Assembly (NCBI GenBank): GCA_963676395.1
Contig: OY781066.1
Span: 224,001-288,000 of the forward strand
Direction: 5' to 3'
DNA length: 64,000 nucleotides
Source of the DNA: a bacterium
GTDB taxonomy: Bacteria > Fidelibacterota > Fidelibacteria > Fidelibacterales > Fidelibacteraceae
Shown in pieces: positions 28,110 through 38,190 of this stretch. The notes beneath the pieces were generated by a model. The model worked only from the letters and a program-made list of their open reading frames with translations. It had not been told where the DNA came from and ran no database searches. A program made the translations under genes and the position numbers. How positions within the stretch are numbered: position 1 is the stretch's first letter; every line of letters starts with the position of its first letter.

Positions 28110-28631
28110 ATGAAAATAATAAAAACCAATATCCCGGAAGTAATACACATCCTACCCGATGTATATTCGGACGATCGCGGTTCCTTTATGGAAATATATC
28201 AACTGGAGCGATACAAAAACACCGGTATCAATGTCAATTTTGTTCAGGATAATGTTGTATTCTCAAGAAAACATGTTTTTAGAGGCCTGCATTATCAACG
28301 CCCACCCTACGAACAAGCTAAGCTCATTACCGTTATCAGCGGTAAGATTATTGATATAGCCATCGATATCAGACAGGATTCCCCCACTTATATGGAACAC
28401 ATTCGGGTTACATTAAATAAAAATGAGCAGATTTTCATACCCACCGGTTTCGCACATGCATATTATGTACTTTCCGATGATGCTGTGATTTCATATAAGG
28501 TCTCGGCTCCCTATGCACCTGATCATCAAACCGGAATTCGCTGGGATGATCCAAAGTTAAATCTAAAAGATATTATCCAAGACCCCATTTTGTCCGATCA
28601 GGATAAAAATCTACCATTATTAATCAAATAA
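28110..28631 (+). CDS. rfbC: dTDP-4-dehydrorhamnose 3,5-epimerase
   Basis: DDRGSF.E, FVQDN, RGLHYQ, QAKL, DIRQDSPT, GFAH, IRWDDP, LSDQD. Confidence 0.95.
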   Translation: MKIIKTNIPEVIHILPDVYSDDRGSFMEIYQLERYKNTGINVNFVQDNVVFSRKHVFRGLHYQRPPYEQAKLITVISGKIIDIAIDIRQDSPTYMEHIRVTLNKNEQIFIPTGFAHAYYVLSDDAVISYKVSAPYAPDHQTGIRWDDPKLNLKDIIQDPILSDQDKNLPLLIK

Positions 28632-28639
28632 GGACCTCT

Positions 28640-29737
28640 ATGAGTCCTAAACCTCTATCAATTTACATCCATATTCCATTTTGTTCACAAAAATGTCATT
28701 ACTGTGATTTTTATTCTATTTCATCTCTAAATAATGTCAATTCTTATATTGACGCGGTCTGCTCTTCTATCAAGAATGCTTTAGTCTCAGGAAAATCGAA
28801 CTATTTGGTAAAAACAATCTATTTTGGGGGTGGCACACCGAATTACATAGCTCTCGGAAAGTTACAAACTATATTAAAAACCATATACGATCACTATCAG
28901 ATAGCTGATGATGTCGAGATCACCGTAGAGATCAACCCTGAATTCTCACAAAACAAAAAAGATATACAAAAACTCAAAAAGATCGGTGTTAATCGACTTT
29001 CAATAGGCGTTCAATCACTGCAAGATAAAGAATTACACATTCTCGGACGCATTCACCATTCGGGAACCGCAGTAAATTGTATAAAAAATGCCAAAAGTAT
29101 ATTTGACAATCTATCTCTAGATCTAATCTACGCTATCACCGGTCAACGTCTTGAATCGCTTAATAAAACCTTAGACCAATTTCTAGACCTGAAGCCGCAG
29201 CACATTTCTTGTTATAATCTTACTCGGGAAGAAGGTACAAAACTTGCAACTATGTTTGATAAAGGTGAATTAGAAGCGGCAAGTGAGGATCTTGAGATCA
29301 AATTCTTTAAACATATTCATGAACGTTTAACTATGGACGGATATGAGCATTATGAGATTTCCAATTATGCAAAACCGGGGTTCAGAAGTCGGCACAACTC
29401 CAACTATTGGACGAATAATGATTATCTGGGTATAGGTCCTTCGGCGCATTCCCGCATTGGAAATAAACGCTATGCTTTCCATGCCGACCTGAATGAATTT
29501 ATCAGCCGCCCCTACCCTTTTCATGTTGAGGACGATGTTACAGAGGCTGATATGCTTATCACGCGACTACGTTGCTCTGAGGGGCTGGATATCAACAGTA
29601 TTTCAACCGGATTACGTAATAAGTTGCTCGATTATACCAAAAAGCATCCCGAATGGTTAATACTTGAAAATCATTGTATAAAATGCACCCTGGAAGGATG
29701 GCTAATACTGGATAGTATTTTGGTGGATCTTCTGTGA
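28640..29737 (+). CDS. hemW: radical SAM heme chaperone HemW
   Basis: YIHIPFCSQKCHYCDF, YFGGGTP, NRLSIGVQS, HYEISNYA, HNSNYW, YLGIGPSAHS. Confidence 0.9.
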   Translation: MSPKPLSIYIHIPFCSQKCHYCDFYSISSLNNVNSYIDAVCSSIKNALVSGKSNYLVKTIYFGGGTPNYIALGKLQTILKTIYDHYQIADDVEITVEINPEFSQNKKDIQKLKKIGVNRLSIGVQSLQDKELHILGRIHHSGTAVNCIKNAKSIFDNLSLDLIYAITGQRLESLNKTLDQFLDLKPQHISCYNLTREEGTKLATMFDKGELEAASEDLEIKFFKHIHERLTMDGYEHYEISNYAKPGFRSRHNSNYWTNNDYLGIGPSAHSRIGNKRYAFHADLNEFISRPYPFHVEDDVTEADMLITRLRCSEGLDINSISTGLRNKLLDYTKKHPEWLILENHCIKCTLEGWLILDSILVDLL

Positions 29738-29865
29738 TCTGCCTTGTGCGCCGAAGTTTTAGTGTAGGTGCATGGCCGGCAATCGATGATTGGCGAATAA
29801 ATCATTACTCTTAATTCTTTAATCCAAATCAACATTTCTTATTAGTTACTCAATATTCTGACTTA

Positions 29866-29900
29866 ATAAAAAAGGGTGGACTCTCAAGACCACCCTTAAA
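29866..29900. terminator. intrinsic terminator between convergent genes
   Basis: aaaaaagggtgg-actctcaaga-ccaccctt; T tract on minus strand. Confidence 0.7.
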
Positions 29901-29941
29901 ATTTATTGTCAATCGACGTATCGATTCATCAACTTTCAAGT

Positions 29942-30925
29942 TTATACTTTCAACTCATCCACATAATCGAAAACTGCCGCCGTATCTCCGGTATGCCAAA
30001 AAACAATAGTTTCGTCTTTCCATTCACCGTTTTGGATCTTATCGATCATGGCGCCCATGGCACGTCCGGTATATACCGGACCAACAAAAAGCCCTTCACT
30101 TTGAACGAGGGTTTTAATCGCAGTTCGCTCATTATCACCCACAACGGCATATCCATCACCGAGATAATCATATTCCAAGTCAAAATCTTCTTCTGTCAGT
30201 TGAATATCTAAGCCCAATAGCTTTGCCGCTTTATTGGCAAGTTCTGCCAATTCAGGTGGAAAGGCTCCTTTTCCGGTTTTAACGCGATCAATACTAATAC
30301 CACTAATCTTGCCCTTATAGCCGGCAATTTTGGCACCCAATACCATACCCGCAAGAGTACCGCCACTGGAAGATGCCACGACTATCCTATCGCAATCTAT
30401 GTTCATCAGCTCGAACTGTCTTACAATTTCGGGCATGGCCATCGTATAACCTACAGTTCCCAATGCATTGGAACCACCTACGGGGATTACATAAGGGTGC
30501 TTCCCGGCTTTTCGAAGTTCTTCGGCAAGTTCATGCATTTGGGAATCACGTTCAGGACGATCAACATAATGCACGCTGGCTCCTGCCAACAAATCAAGCA
30601 GTAAATTGCCGTTCTTCCTTTCCGGTTCTTTACCCGAAAGAACCACATGGCAATCCAAATTCAATTTTGCGGCTGCCGCAACAGTTTGGATACAATGATT
30701 AGACTGCAGTCCACCGGCCGTGATCACCGTATCACAATCGCGTTTCATGGCTTCAGCCATAAGGTATTCCAACTTACGGGATTTATTCCCACCGGCCGCA
30801 AGACCGGTGAGATCATCTCGTTTTATATACAATTTTCCATTATAACCCAATGTTTTCGCCAGATTATTCATAGCATGTAAAGGTGTTGGCAATTGGGCCA
30901 AAGTGATCTTTGGTAAATATTTCAC
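29942..30925 (-). CDS. dcyD: D-cysteine desulfhydrase / ACC deaminase family PLP enzyme
   Basis: LPTPL, IKRDDLTG...GGNKSRKLEY, GGLQSNH, PVGGSN, PVYTG, FWHTG; GTG start. Confidence 0.8.
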   Translation of the reverse strand: MKYLPKITLAQLPTPLHAMNNLAKTLGYNGKLYIKRDDLTGLAAGGNKSRKLEYLMAEAMKRDCDTVITAGGLQSNHCIQTVAAAAKLNLDCHVVLSGKEPERKNGNLLLDLLAGASVHYVDRPERDSQMHELAEELRKAGKHPYVIPVGGSNALGTVGYTMAMPEIVRQFELMNIDCDRIVVASSSGGTLAGMVLGAKIAGYKGKISGISIDRVKTGKGAFPPELAELANKAAKLLGLDIQLTEEDFDLEYDYLGDGYAVVGDNERTAIKTLVQSEGLFVGPVYTGRAMGAMIDKIQNGEWKDETIVFWHTGDTAAVFDYVDELKV

Positions 30926-33877
30926 TTATTCCTCAATGAGTTCATATTTCATATCAATGCCTTTTTCTTGGGCAGAAATTCCTTCTTTCATCCAACGAGG
31001 CATAGGCTTATCCATGAGGTAATGATCAAAGAATTGTTTCATACGTATCGAAAGATCCATACGATTACCCCATTGGGTACGTCCCATATTATGATTGGTT
31101 TTATTATAAACCAACATCCAGGCAGGTTTTTGTAAACGACGCATTGCGACCATCATTTCAATTCCCTGTGTCCATGGAACAGCCCCATCTTCATCATTGT
31201 GCATCATAAGCAGAGGTGTTTTGATCTGATCAGCAAAAAATACCGGTGAGTTTTCATAATAAAGATCAAATGAATCCCAAATGGTACCACCGATACGGCT
31301 TTGACCATCTTCGTACTGCATCATTCGGCTCATACCTGTATACCAACGAATACCACCAAATGCCGAAGTCATATTTGATACGGGGGCTCCTGCCATTGCA
31401 GCTGCAAAACGATCTGTTTGTGTAACAAAGTAAGCCGTTTGATAACCACCCCAACTTTGTCCTTGTATACCTATCTTTTTCCCATTAATGAAATCATACT
31501 TTTCAAGAAGCATATCCACACCAGTCATCACGCAATCAAGTCCTGAACGACCGGGGTGACCGGTTTTATATACAATATCCGGAATGAACAAAATATAACC
31601 GTTACTCGGATAGAAAGATTTATTAATTGTTGAATAACTTGGTGTGGGACTAAAGTATTGATGTAAATAATCTGAATATTTCTCGTAGTAATAGATCACC
31701 ATGGGATGCTTTTTACTCTTATCAAGATCATCGGGAATATAAAGCATACCTTGCAGTTCTACACCGTCGGAATTCTTCCATTCAACCAATTCAACCGAAG
31801 CCCAGCGAAATTGTGACTGCTGAGGGTTCAAAGCTGAAAGCTGCTCGATCTTTTCGAAATTTAAATCAGAGATATAAACATCCGGATATTCACGATAAGT
31901 TCCTCTTCGCCAGATACCTACATTGGCTTCTTTAGCCTTTTTGACAGGATCATATTTATTATCGGTATAAAGTAATTTCTCAGGAACCGCACCTTTATAA
32001 AGATCAACTTCGGCAAAACCGCTTTTCTTGGTTTTTTCATTAAAAACCGTCAGCTTGACCGATTCAGAAGGTATATGTTTCAAATCAGCATCAAGCTTCA
32101 TATAACGGTATATATCTTTATTTTTTCTTCCGTCTCCGACTGTAACATTCTTAGGTGCATCATCACCGGCAAGATCAAATTTCCAGATATCATATTTATC
32201 ATAAATAAATACACAGCTATCTCCTTTACCCCAGCCAGAATAACCATGCGGACCGGGTTGCCAAGGATGATCATCATCTTCATTATAAAAAGCAACATCA
32301 AGATCTTTTGTTAAGCAAACAACTTCTTTGCTCCGAGTATCCATAGTATACCAATTCAGATCTTCATGATCATACCAAAGCAAATATTTTTGTTCGGGAG
32401 ACAATTGTGGATCAAAACTCTTCTTCCTTAGCACCAGTTCTTTTTTACCCGTCTTAATATCAACCAGATAATAATCGTAATAGTCAATTGATTCCCAGGA
32501 GATCAACTTGCGATAAGGTAAGTTACTTTCACCTAGGGTTAGTTTTTCGTCAAATTTACGACTTGTTTTTACAGTCGGTACTTCTTCGCTTGCTAATTGA
32601 ATAATCCTTTTATTACCGATATTAACATAAGCAACATAATTTCGTTTCTTTTCACGAGCCAACTCTTTTTTCTGTTGTGTCTGCAGAAGTGGATCATTCC
32701 ATGACCATACATCCAAAACGGCCTTTTCTTCTTTCAACAATGTGTCTTCCGGTTCTTCAACGGGAAGCGGAGCTGTTCCAAACATAAGTCGTTTGCCATC
32801 TTCTGAGAATCTTGGCATACGAATAGAAGAAATGCCCCAACCATCTTTCATACCGCGAACATTCTCATCTAAATAACATTTAGCTTTGTTACGTCCAGTT
32901 TTCCAATAATAAACATCATAAACCTTTTGATCTGTGGTATCATCGGAAAATAAAAATGCCAATTGCTCACCTTTATCATCAAAAGAAAATGATTTTGCCG
33001 TACCATATGTTTCAAGAATGGTTTCAACACTACCCTTTTCGGCATTGATAATTGAAATTCTAACAGAATCTGTTTTAAGTTTTGTTAAAGCAACAACCTT
33101 ATCTCCATCTTTACTGGTAGTATATGATGTCACGTATTCTATGATAGTTGTATCTTGATTGAGAGGATCATAAACCCAAAGAGGCGTACCGCTTTCACGA
33201 ACTTTCTTTTTAGTTTTTTTCTTTTCTTTTTTGACCTTACTGCTATCAACAGCACTTGTATCTGCCAATAAAGAATCAGCTTTAAGCGAATCTACAACCG
33301 AAGTAGTGTCAGCATCTTTATCCTTTTTTTCAGGTGGTAAAGGTTTTTCGTGTAAGATCGTTAACCAGTTCGTTCCCTCTTTGCTCATTTTAAAGTTTTT
33401 AATTCTGGGGATTGTCAACAAAGTATCCTGCTCATAGATATAGATACATAGGGTATCTTTTGGCATTTTGTCTTTTTTAACTTTATCCAATGTTGCTTGA
33501 CGTTTAGTATCAAATCTTGGTCCTCGTTTAAAGGCAAGAAATTCATTACCGGGAGCAAATGCGGCTTTAGAGCCTCTTTCAAATGTATGCTTGATACCGG
33601 TTTCAACCTCATGCAGCATTAATGTAATATCCCCGCGATTGGGTTCAATATTATAACGAACCCATTGCCCATCGGTTGTAATTTGATAGTCGCCCATCCT
33701 TTCCCAGGCTGCAAAGTCATCAGGGCTCAGAGCACGCTTTTCTTTCACTTCTTCATTTTGCAATTTTTCAGCGGATGCAATTTCAACCTTTGCGTCGATT
33801 TTTGCATCCTCACTTTTTTCAGCACATGAGAAAAGTAGCAACAAAGCCATACTCATGATCGCGAGTCGTTTCAACAT
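30926..33877 (-). CDS. S9-family (prolyl oligopeptidase/dipeptidyl peptidase-like) serine peptidase lipoprotein
   Basis: Lipobox LLFSC; GQSWGGY nucleophile, MHNDEDGAV, NH catalytic His; N-terminal propeller region. Confidence 0.9.
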   Translation of the reverse strand: MLKRLAIMSMALLLLFSCAEKSEDAKIDAKVEIASAEKLQNEEVKEKRALSPDDFAAWERMGDYQITTDGQWVRYNIEPNRGDITLMLHEVETGIKHTFERGSKAAFAPGNEFLAFKRGPRFDTKRQATLDKVKKDKMPKDTLCIYIYEQDTLLTIPRIKNFKMSKEGTNWLTILHEKPLPPEKKDKDADTTSVVDSLKADSLLADTSAVDSSKVKKEKKKTKKKVRESGTPLWVYDPLNQDTTIIEYVTSYTTSKDGDKVVALTKLKTDSVRISIINAEKGSVETILETYGTAKSFSFDDKGEQLAFLFSDDTTDQKVYDVYYWKTGRNKAKCYLDENVRGMKDGWGISSIRMPRFSEDGKRLMFGTAPLPVEEPEDTLLKEEKAVLDVWSWNDPLLQTQQKKELAREKKRNYVAYVNIGNKRIIQLASEEVPTVKTSRKFDEKLTLGESNLPYRKLISWESIDYYDYYLVDIKTGKKELVLRKKSFDPQLSPEQKYLLWYDHEDLNWYTMDTRSKEVVCLTKDLDVAFYNEDDDHPWQPGPHGYSGWGKGDSCVFIYDKYDIWKFDLAGDDAPKNVTVGDGRKNKDIYRYMKLDADLKHIPSESVKLTVFNEKTKKSGFAEVDLYKGAVPEKLLYTDNKYDPVKKAKEANVGIWRRGTYREYPDVYISDLNFEKIEQLSALNPQQSQFRWASVELVEWKNSDGVELQGMLYIPDDLDKSKKHPMVIYYYEKYSDYLHQYFSPTPSYSTINKSFYPSNGYILFIPDIVYKTGHPGRSGLDCVMTGVDMLLEKYDFINGKKIGIQGQSWGGYQTAYFVTQTDRFAAAMAGAPVSNMTSAFGGIRWYTGMSRMMQYEDGQSRIGGTIWDSFDLYYENSPVFFADQIKTPLLMMHNDEDGAVPWTQGIEMMVAMRRLQKPAWMLVYNKTNHNMGRTQWGNRMDLSIRMKQFFDHYLMDKPMPRWMKEGISAQEKGIDMKYELIEE

Positions 33878-33887
33878 AACATATCCT

Positions 33888-35606
33888 TTATTGATTATTA
33901 TTTTTAAAATAGTGTTTCTTCAGGAAATTATAATCATAAAAAGTTCCATTCTTACAAGATAAAACTCCCCCGCATTCGCATTCACCACACATGCCAATTC
34001 CACACATGTTGTTAGTTTCGAGAGAGGCATAACAATATTTCGGATCACATCCTTTGCTTTCGGCAAGCTCAAGAGTTTTTTCCATAAGCACATCCGGACC
34101 GATGGTATAAATGGTACAATTATTCGTTTCGATACGATCTAATTCTTCTGCTAATTTATCCATAACACGTCCGGGTTTACCATCATCGGGCACCACATTC
34201 AATTTTGCATAAGGTTCTATCAATTCCTGATAGCAAATCTCATTTTTATCACTCACACCATGATAAACGCTTACAAGCCTACCAACCGATGCCAAACTCT
34301 CCGCAAGTTTGGGAACTAAAGCAAGACCGGTCCCGCCCGAAACGATATAAGCATGCGACATTGAGTTTTCGGGTATAGATTTACCGTATGGGCCACGAAT
34401 GTATAATGTATCACCGACCTTTTTCTTAAAAAGTCCTTTTGTAAATTTTCCTTTACGTGAGTGAATATTTGTCTCTCGCAAGCGAACAATAAAACGTAAA
34501 GGTGAACTGGAAACGATACCAAAGGGTTTCTCTCCAACTCCGGGGATCCAGATAAAGGCATACTGCGACGCTTTGAAAAGAATTGAATCGCCTTCAAGCT
34601 CAATATCCCACATAGTTTCACTTAGTTCATTGATCTTTTTAATCGTGTAATCTTTATATTTCGCCAAGCGCTTTACAGATAAAAAAGTCGCTGCCGAATC
34701 AGTTTGATTTTCGGTATCATATCGCAAAGCCTCAAAATAATCCTTGTACCGTCCGTCAATAACTCGTGCAACCACAGAGCCAACACCAATAGCATTTGCT
34801 CCCGCTTTCATTAAAGCGCGTACCTGTGCACCTCTGCTAACGCCACCCATTCCAAGAATAGGAACGTCTGGACCAATCGCTTCGCGGATCTCTTTAATCT
34901 TTTCTATTGCGACATCAAAAACATGTTCACCGCTCTTACCGCCTTTATGGCCATTAGGATTATAAAGGACTGCCGCACCTGAAACAGAATCTTTAAACTC
35001 AATGGGACCGGTTGTATTAATAGCAACTATACCATCGGCTCCAGATTTAACAGCTATCTTTGCCATTTCTCCAATATTTTCAACATTGGGAGTTAATTTT
35101 GGGAAAAGTGCAACTTTGGTATGAGGACGAATCGCTCTCATGTATTCTTTAATTAATTCCGGCGAGGTACCAATAGAAGAACCATAACCCGGTTTGGCGT
35201 GGGGACAGGAAAAATTCAGTTCGAACATATCCGCAACATCTTCGAATTTTTGTACCAGCTCAATAAAATCTTCCGGTGAATTTCCTGCAATGGATATATT
35301 TAAGATAGAACGGAGGGGCTTTTCATCACACAACTGTTTCAGTTCTTTATAGGCAAGCTTCATGCCGGGATTTTTTAAACCGACAGCATTTACATATGAT
35401 CCAACTTCAACTTCTGCTACGATAGGTTCTCTATTACCCGGCGTTGCTTTAACCTGAAGGCTCTTGGTAGTAATTATATCTATATCTTTGACTTCTTCAT
35501 CTACCCGTCTGATCAAGTTGGGTTTTGTGGTCCACACACCCGAAACGGTGGCAAACTTTAGTTCGCCGTTTAAAAATATCTCTTTGATCTCATTTGCTGT
35601 TTTCAT
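33888..35606 (-). CDS. pyrD: fused class 1B dihydroorotate dehydrogenase: PyrD catalytic domain + PyrK electron-transfer domain
   Basis: N-half: TTKS, NAVGLKNPG, ELNFSCPH, KLTPNV, AINT, GMGGV. C-half: WIPGVGEKPF, RGPYG, SGGTG, CGIGMCGEC...C [2Fe-2S] motif. Confidence 0.9.
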   Translation of the reverse strand: MKTANEIKEIFLNGELKFATVSGVWTTKPNLIRRVDEEVKDIDIITTKSLQVKATPGNREPIVAEVEVGSYVNAVGLKNPGMKLAYKELKQLCDEKPLRSILNISIAGNSPEDFIELVQKFEDVADMFELNFSCPHAKPGYGSSIGTSPELIKEYMRAIRPHTKVALFPKLTPNVENIGEMAKIAVKSGADGIVAINTTGPIEFKDSVSGAAVLYNPNGHKGGKSGEHVFDVAIEKIKEIREAIGPDVPILGMGGVSRGAQVRALMKAGANAIGVGSVVARVIDGRYKDYFEALRYDTENQTDSAATFLSVKRLAKYKDYTIKKINELSETMWDIELEGDSILFKASQYAFIWIPGVGEKPFGIVSSSPLRFIVRLRETNIHSRKGKFTKGLFKKKVGDTLYIRGPYGKSIPENSMSHAYIVSGGTGLALVPKLAESLASVGRLVSVYHGVSDKNEICYQELIEPYAKLNVVPDDGKPGRVMDKLAEELDRIETNNCTIYTIGPDVLMEKTLELAESKGCDPKYCYASLETNNMCGIGMCGECECGGVLSCKNGTFYDYNFLKKHYFKNNNQ

Positions 35607-35770
35607 TGCACCCCAGCTATTTATCATTAGCATTTAAGATAATAAATTTTACCTGTAAATGATAATGAAAAAGAAATAATACCTCATATGAAACGGTATT
35701 TTTGCTTTTTAATTTATTCTCTCCTGCTTATATTTAATCTGTTAGTTTTCAATAAATACAGGAGATTCTC

Positions 35771-36148
35771 ATGAAGCTGATTGGTAACATTCTTTGGTGG
35801 ATATTTGGTGGATTATTAACAGCACTGGAATACTTTGTGGCATCATTTATACTTATGGTCACAATCATTGGCATTCCTTTTGGTATACAAACCTTCAAAA
35901 TCGGTGTCATGTGTCTAATGCCTTTCAACTCTACTATCAGAGAAAAAAACCGGAAAAGCAACCTCATTTCAATCATAATGAATATCATCTGGTTTTGTGT
36001 GGGTGGATTATGGATCGCATTAACACATGTTGTTTTTGGAATAATATTGACAGTTACTATTATTGGTATTCCATGGGCAAAACAACATTTTAAAATGGCA
36101 CGTATTTCATTCGCTCCATTTGGGAAAGAGATTATTACAAAACATTAA
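35771..36148 (+). CDS. yccF: YccF domain inner-membrane protein
   Basis: Two repeats GNILWWIFGG...TIIGIPFG...PF and NIIWFCVGG...TIIGIPWAKQHFK...PFGK. Confidence 0.9.
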   Translation: MKLIGNILWWIFGGLLTALEYFVASFILMVTIIGIPFGIQTFKIGVMCLMPFNSTIREKNRKSNLISIIMNIIWFCVGGLWIALTHVVFGIILTVTIIGIPWAKQHFKMARISFAPFGKEIITKH

Positions 36149-36150
36149 AC

Positions 36151-36522
36151 ATGATTATATCCCTTTACAATTCGGACATCAATATTCTGGAAGTGAAAAT
36201 CTCTGGACATGTTACGATTGGTGAGTTAAAAGAGCACTTAAAAGATATCAACAACAGGCAAGATCTTCCGAAACAATTGCATATTCTAACTGACACAATC
36301 GATGCAATATTCACTTCATCCCCGAATGATTCTAAAAGTGCTGCAGATTTTAATTACTCATTACCTAAAAGATATGATCATATTAAGGTTGCAATCTTAA
36401 CGGATGATCCAAATCAAACATCGATTATTCTTTTATTTCAGCATCTTGCCAGAAGTAAGAATTACAATGTAAAGGTGTTCGTTTTAAAGGAAAATGCCAC
36501 ACAGTGGCTTAGATACACTTAA
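36151..36522 (+). CDS. hypothetical protein (STAS/SEC14/SpoIIAA-like)
   Basis: 123 aa; KVAIL and terminal VKVF....A.QWL pattern. Confidence 0.5.
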   Translation: MIISLYNSDINILEVKISGHVTIGELKEHLKDINNRQDLPKQLHILTDTIDAIFTSSPNDSKSAADFNYSLPKRYDHIKVAILTDDPNQTSIILLFQHLARSKNYNVKVFVLKENATQWLRYT

Positions 36523-36535
36523 AATTATATAGACT

Positions 36536-36570
36536 AAAAAGAAAGGACTCAATTGAGTCCTTTTTTTATT
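36536..36570. terminator. bidirectional intrinsic terminator
   Basis: aaaggactc-aatt-gagtccttt flanked by A and T tracts, between convergent genes. Confidence 0.8.
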
Positions 36571-36632
36571 GTATAATTATTACCGTACCCGGATAAAGAA
36601 CGATCACAAACGTTCCCTAAATAGACATAAAA

Positions 36633-37511
36633 TTATATCTTACATTCGCGGATCAAGGCTTCCAATGCATCAGCAGAAACTTGAGCCCAATTCTCAGGAA
36701 TATGACCTGCTTTTTTCCAAGGATGAGTAATCCCACTGGATGAATTGATCCTAGCCAATTTCACATCGTAACCGCTCTCTTTTAAAGCAGCCATCACTTC
36801 ACAGCCAGAACCACCTTGCGAGCCTACACCCGGGATCAACATGGGAACTTCTGCACTTGCAAACATCGTAGCAAGATCCTTTAGCTCATCCAAATTTGTC
36901 GCACCTACCACAGCCCCTGTACCCGGATAATCTTTTGACCATTCAACGATCTTTTTCCCTACGGTTTTATAGAGGGTTTCTCCATCTTGCATCAGAAGAT
37001 TTTGGAAATCTTTTCCACCCTTATTTGATGTTCTGTTTAAAATATAAGTCCCTTGTTCTTTCTTGCTATAGTCAAGAAAAGGGATAACTGAATCAGAACC
37101 CATATAAGGTGAAATAGTTACAGCATCGGCAGCCCAGCGCTCAAAGCCTTCATTAGCATAATTGGCTGATGATGTCGCGATATCACCACGTTTATAATCC
37201 ATAATGATCGGAATGTGCGGAAAATAATTCTGGCATAATTTAATAGTTTTAGCCAACGCTTTTGAGCCACTAAAATCACTCTTAAGAGGAATATCGTGGA
37301 TCAAATAATAACCCTGATTTGGCTTAAACGCTGCAGGTTCCAAAAGGCGATCACTCATTTCTTTGAATAGTGCTTCAAAGAATGTAGGAATGATCTCATC
37401 GATCTGATAACCAGGTTGAGCAGGCAGATGATTTATTACCGGATCAAGTCCCATACACACCACATTACCGGTCTTCTCAGCCGTTTTTCTTAATTTATCA
37501 AGATAAGACAT
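36633..37511 (-). CDS. pyrF: orotidine-5'-phosphate decarboxylase
   Basis: CMGLDP, AFKPN, DYKRGDIATS, SPYMG.DS, RTSN, GAVVGAT, LIPGVGSQGG. Confidence 0.93.
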   Translation of the reverse strand: MSYLDKLRKTAEKTGNVVCMGLDPVINHLPAQPGYQIDEIIPTFFEALFKEMSDRLLEPAAFKPNQGYYLIHDIPLKSDFSGSKALAKTIKLCQNYFPHIPIIMDYKRGDIATSSANYANEGFERWAADAVTISPYMGSDSVIPFLDYSKKEQGTYILNRTSNKGGKDFQNLLMQDGETLYKTVGKKIVEWSKDYPGTGAVVGATNLDELKDLATMFASAEVPMLIPGVGSQGGSGCEVMAALKESGYDVKLARINSSSGITHPWKKAGHIPENWAQVSADALEALIRECKI

Positions 37512-37522
37512 AATACAATCCT

Positions 37523-38176
37523 TTAATTAAATCGTTCACCCCAAGTAAAAGGGGATTTTTGCCATTCGCGAAGCAGCTGAACTTGTTCTGCGTTAAAATA
37601 TTTTTTTTCTTCCACTACATCAATCAATGTATCAAGTGTGATCAATGGTTGATATTTGGCATCTTCACTATCAAAGGCTTCTTGGGCTTTTTCAAAGCCA
37701 TAGGAGAAAATTGATAAACATACATCCACCTTAGCACCGGCAGCGCGAACTACCTTCAATGAGTCAACCGAAGAACCACCTGTTGAAATAAGATCTTCGA
37801 TCATGATCACATGTTTATCTTTAATCATATCCGGATGCGGAACTCCTTCAATCTTATTTTGCATACCGTGATCTTTTTGAGATTTCCTGGGATAAATAAA
37901 GGGTTTACCAAGAATATCTGCGACCAACATACCATGAGGGATCCCGGCTGTTGGTGTACCGGCGATCATATCACAGGGAATACCCTTTTCTTTGATCAAC
38001 CGGGCAAAACCTTCAGCAATCAGTCGACGATATTCCGGATAGAAAAGAAATAATCTATTGTCATTATAAATTGGCATTTTATACCCGGATGCCCAGGTAA
38101 AAGGATTATCGGGTTGTAGTTTGACCGCCTTGATCTCAAGAGCTGCCTTTGCAATTTTTCTTGCCATGTTTTCCAT
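37523..38176 (-). CDS. pyrE: orotate phosphoribosyltransferase
   Basis: PFTWASG..PIYNDNR, TAGIPH, IEDLISTGGS PRPP loop; GGAG RBS before ATG 38176. Confidence 0.95.
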   Translation of the reverse strand: MENMARKIAKAALEIKAVKLQPDNPFTWASGYKMPIYNDNRLFLFYPEYRRLIAEGFARLIKEKGIPCDMIAGTPTAGIPHGMLVADILGKPFIYPRKSQKDHGMQNKIEGVPHPDMIKDKHVIMIEDLISTGGSSVDSLKVVRAAGAKVDVCLSIFSYGFEKAQEAFDSEDAKYQPLITLDTLIDVVEEKKYFNAEQVQLLREWQKSPFTWGERFN

Positions 38177-38190
38177 GTGTCTCCTATAAG

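Noticed and set aside
28110..28631. rfbC and rfaE1 as a polysaccharide biosynthesis locus
   Set aside because: They are isolated genes ~18 kb apart with no glycosyltransferases or other rml/hld genes nearby.
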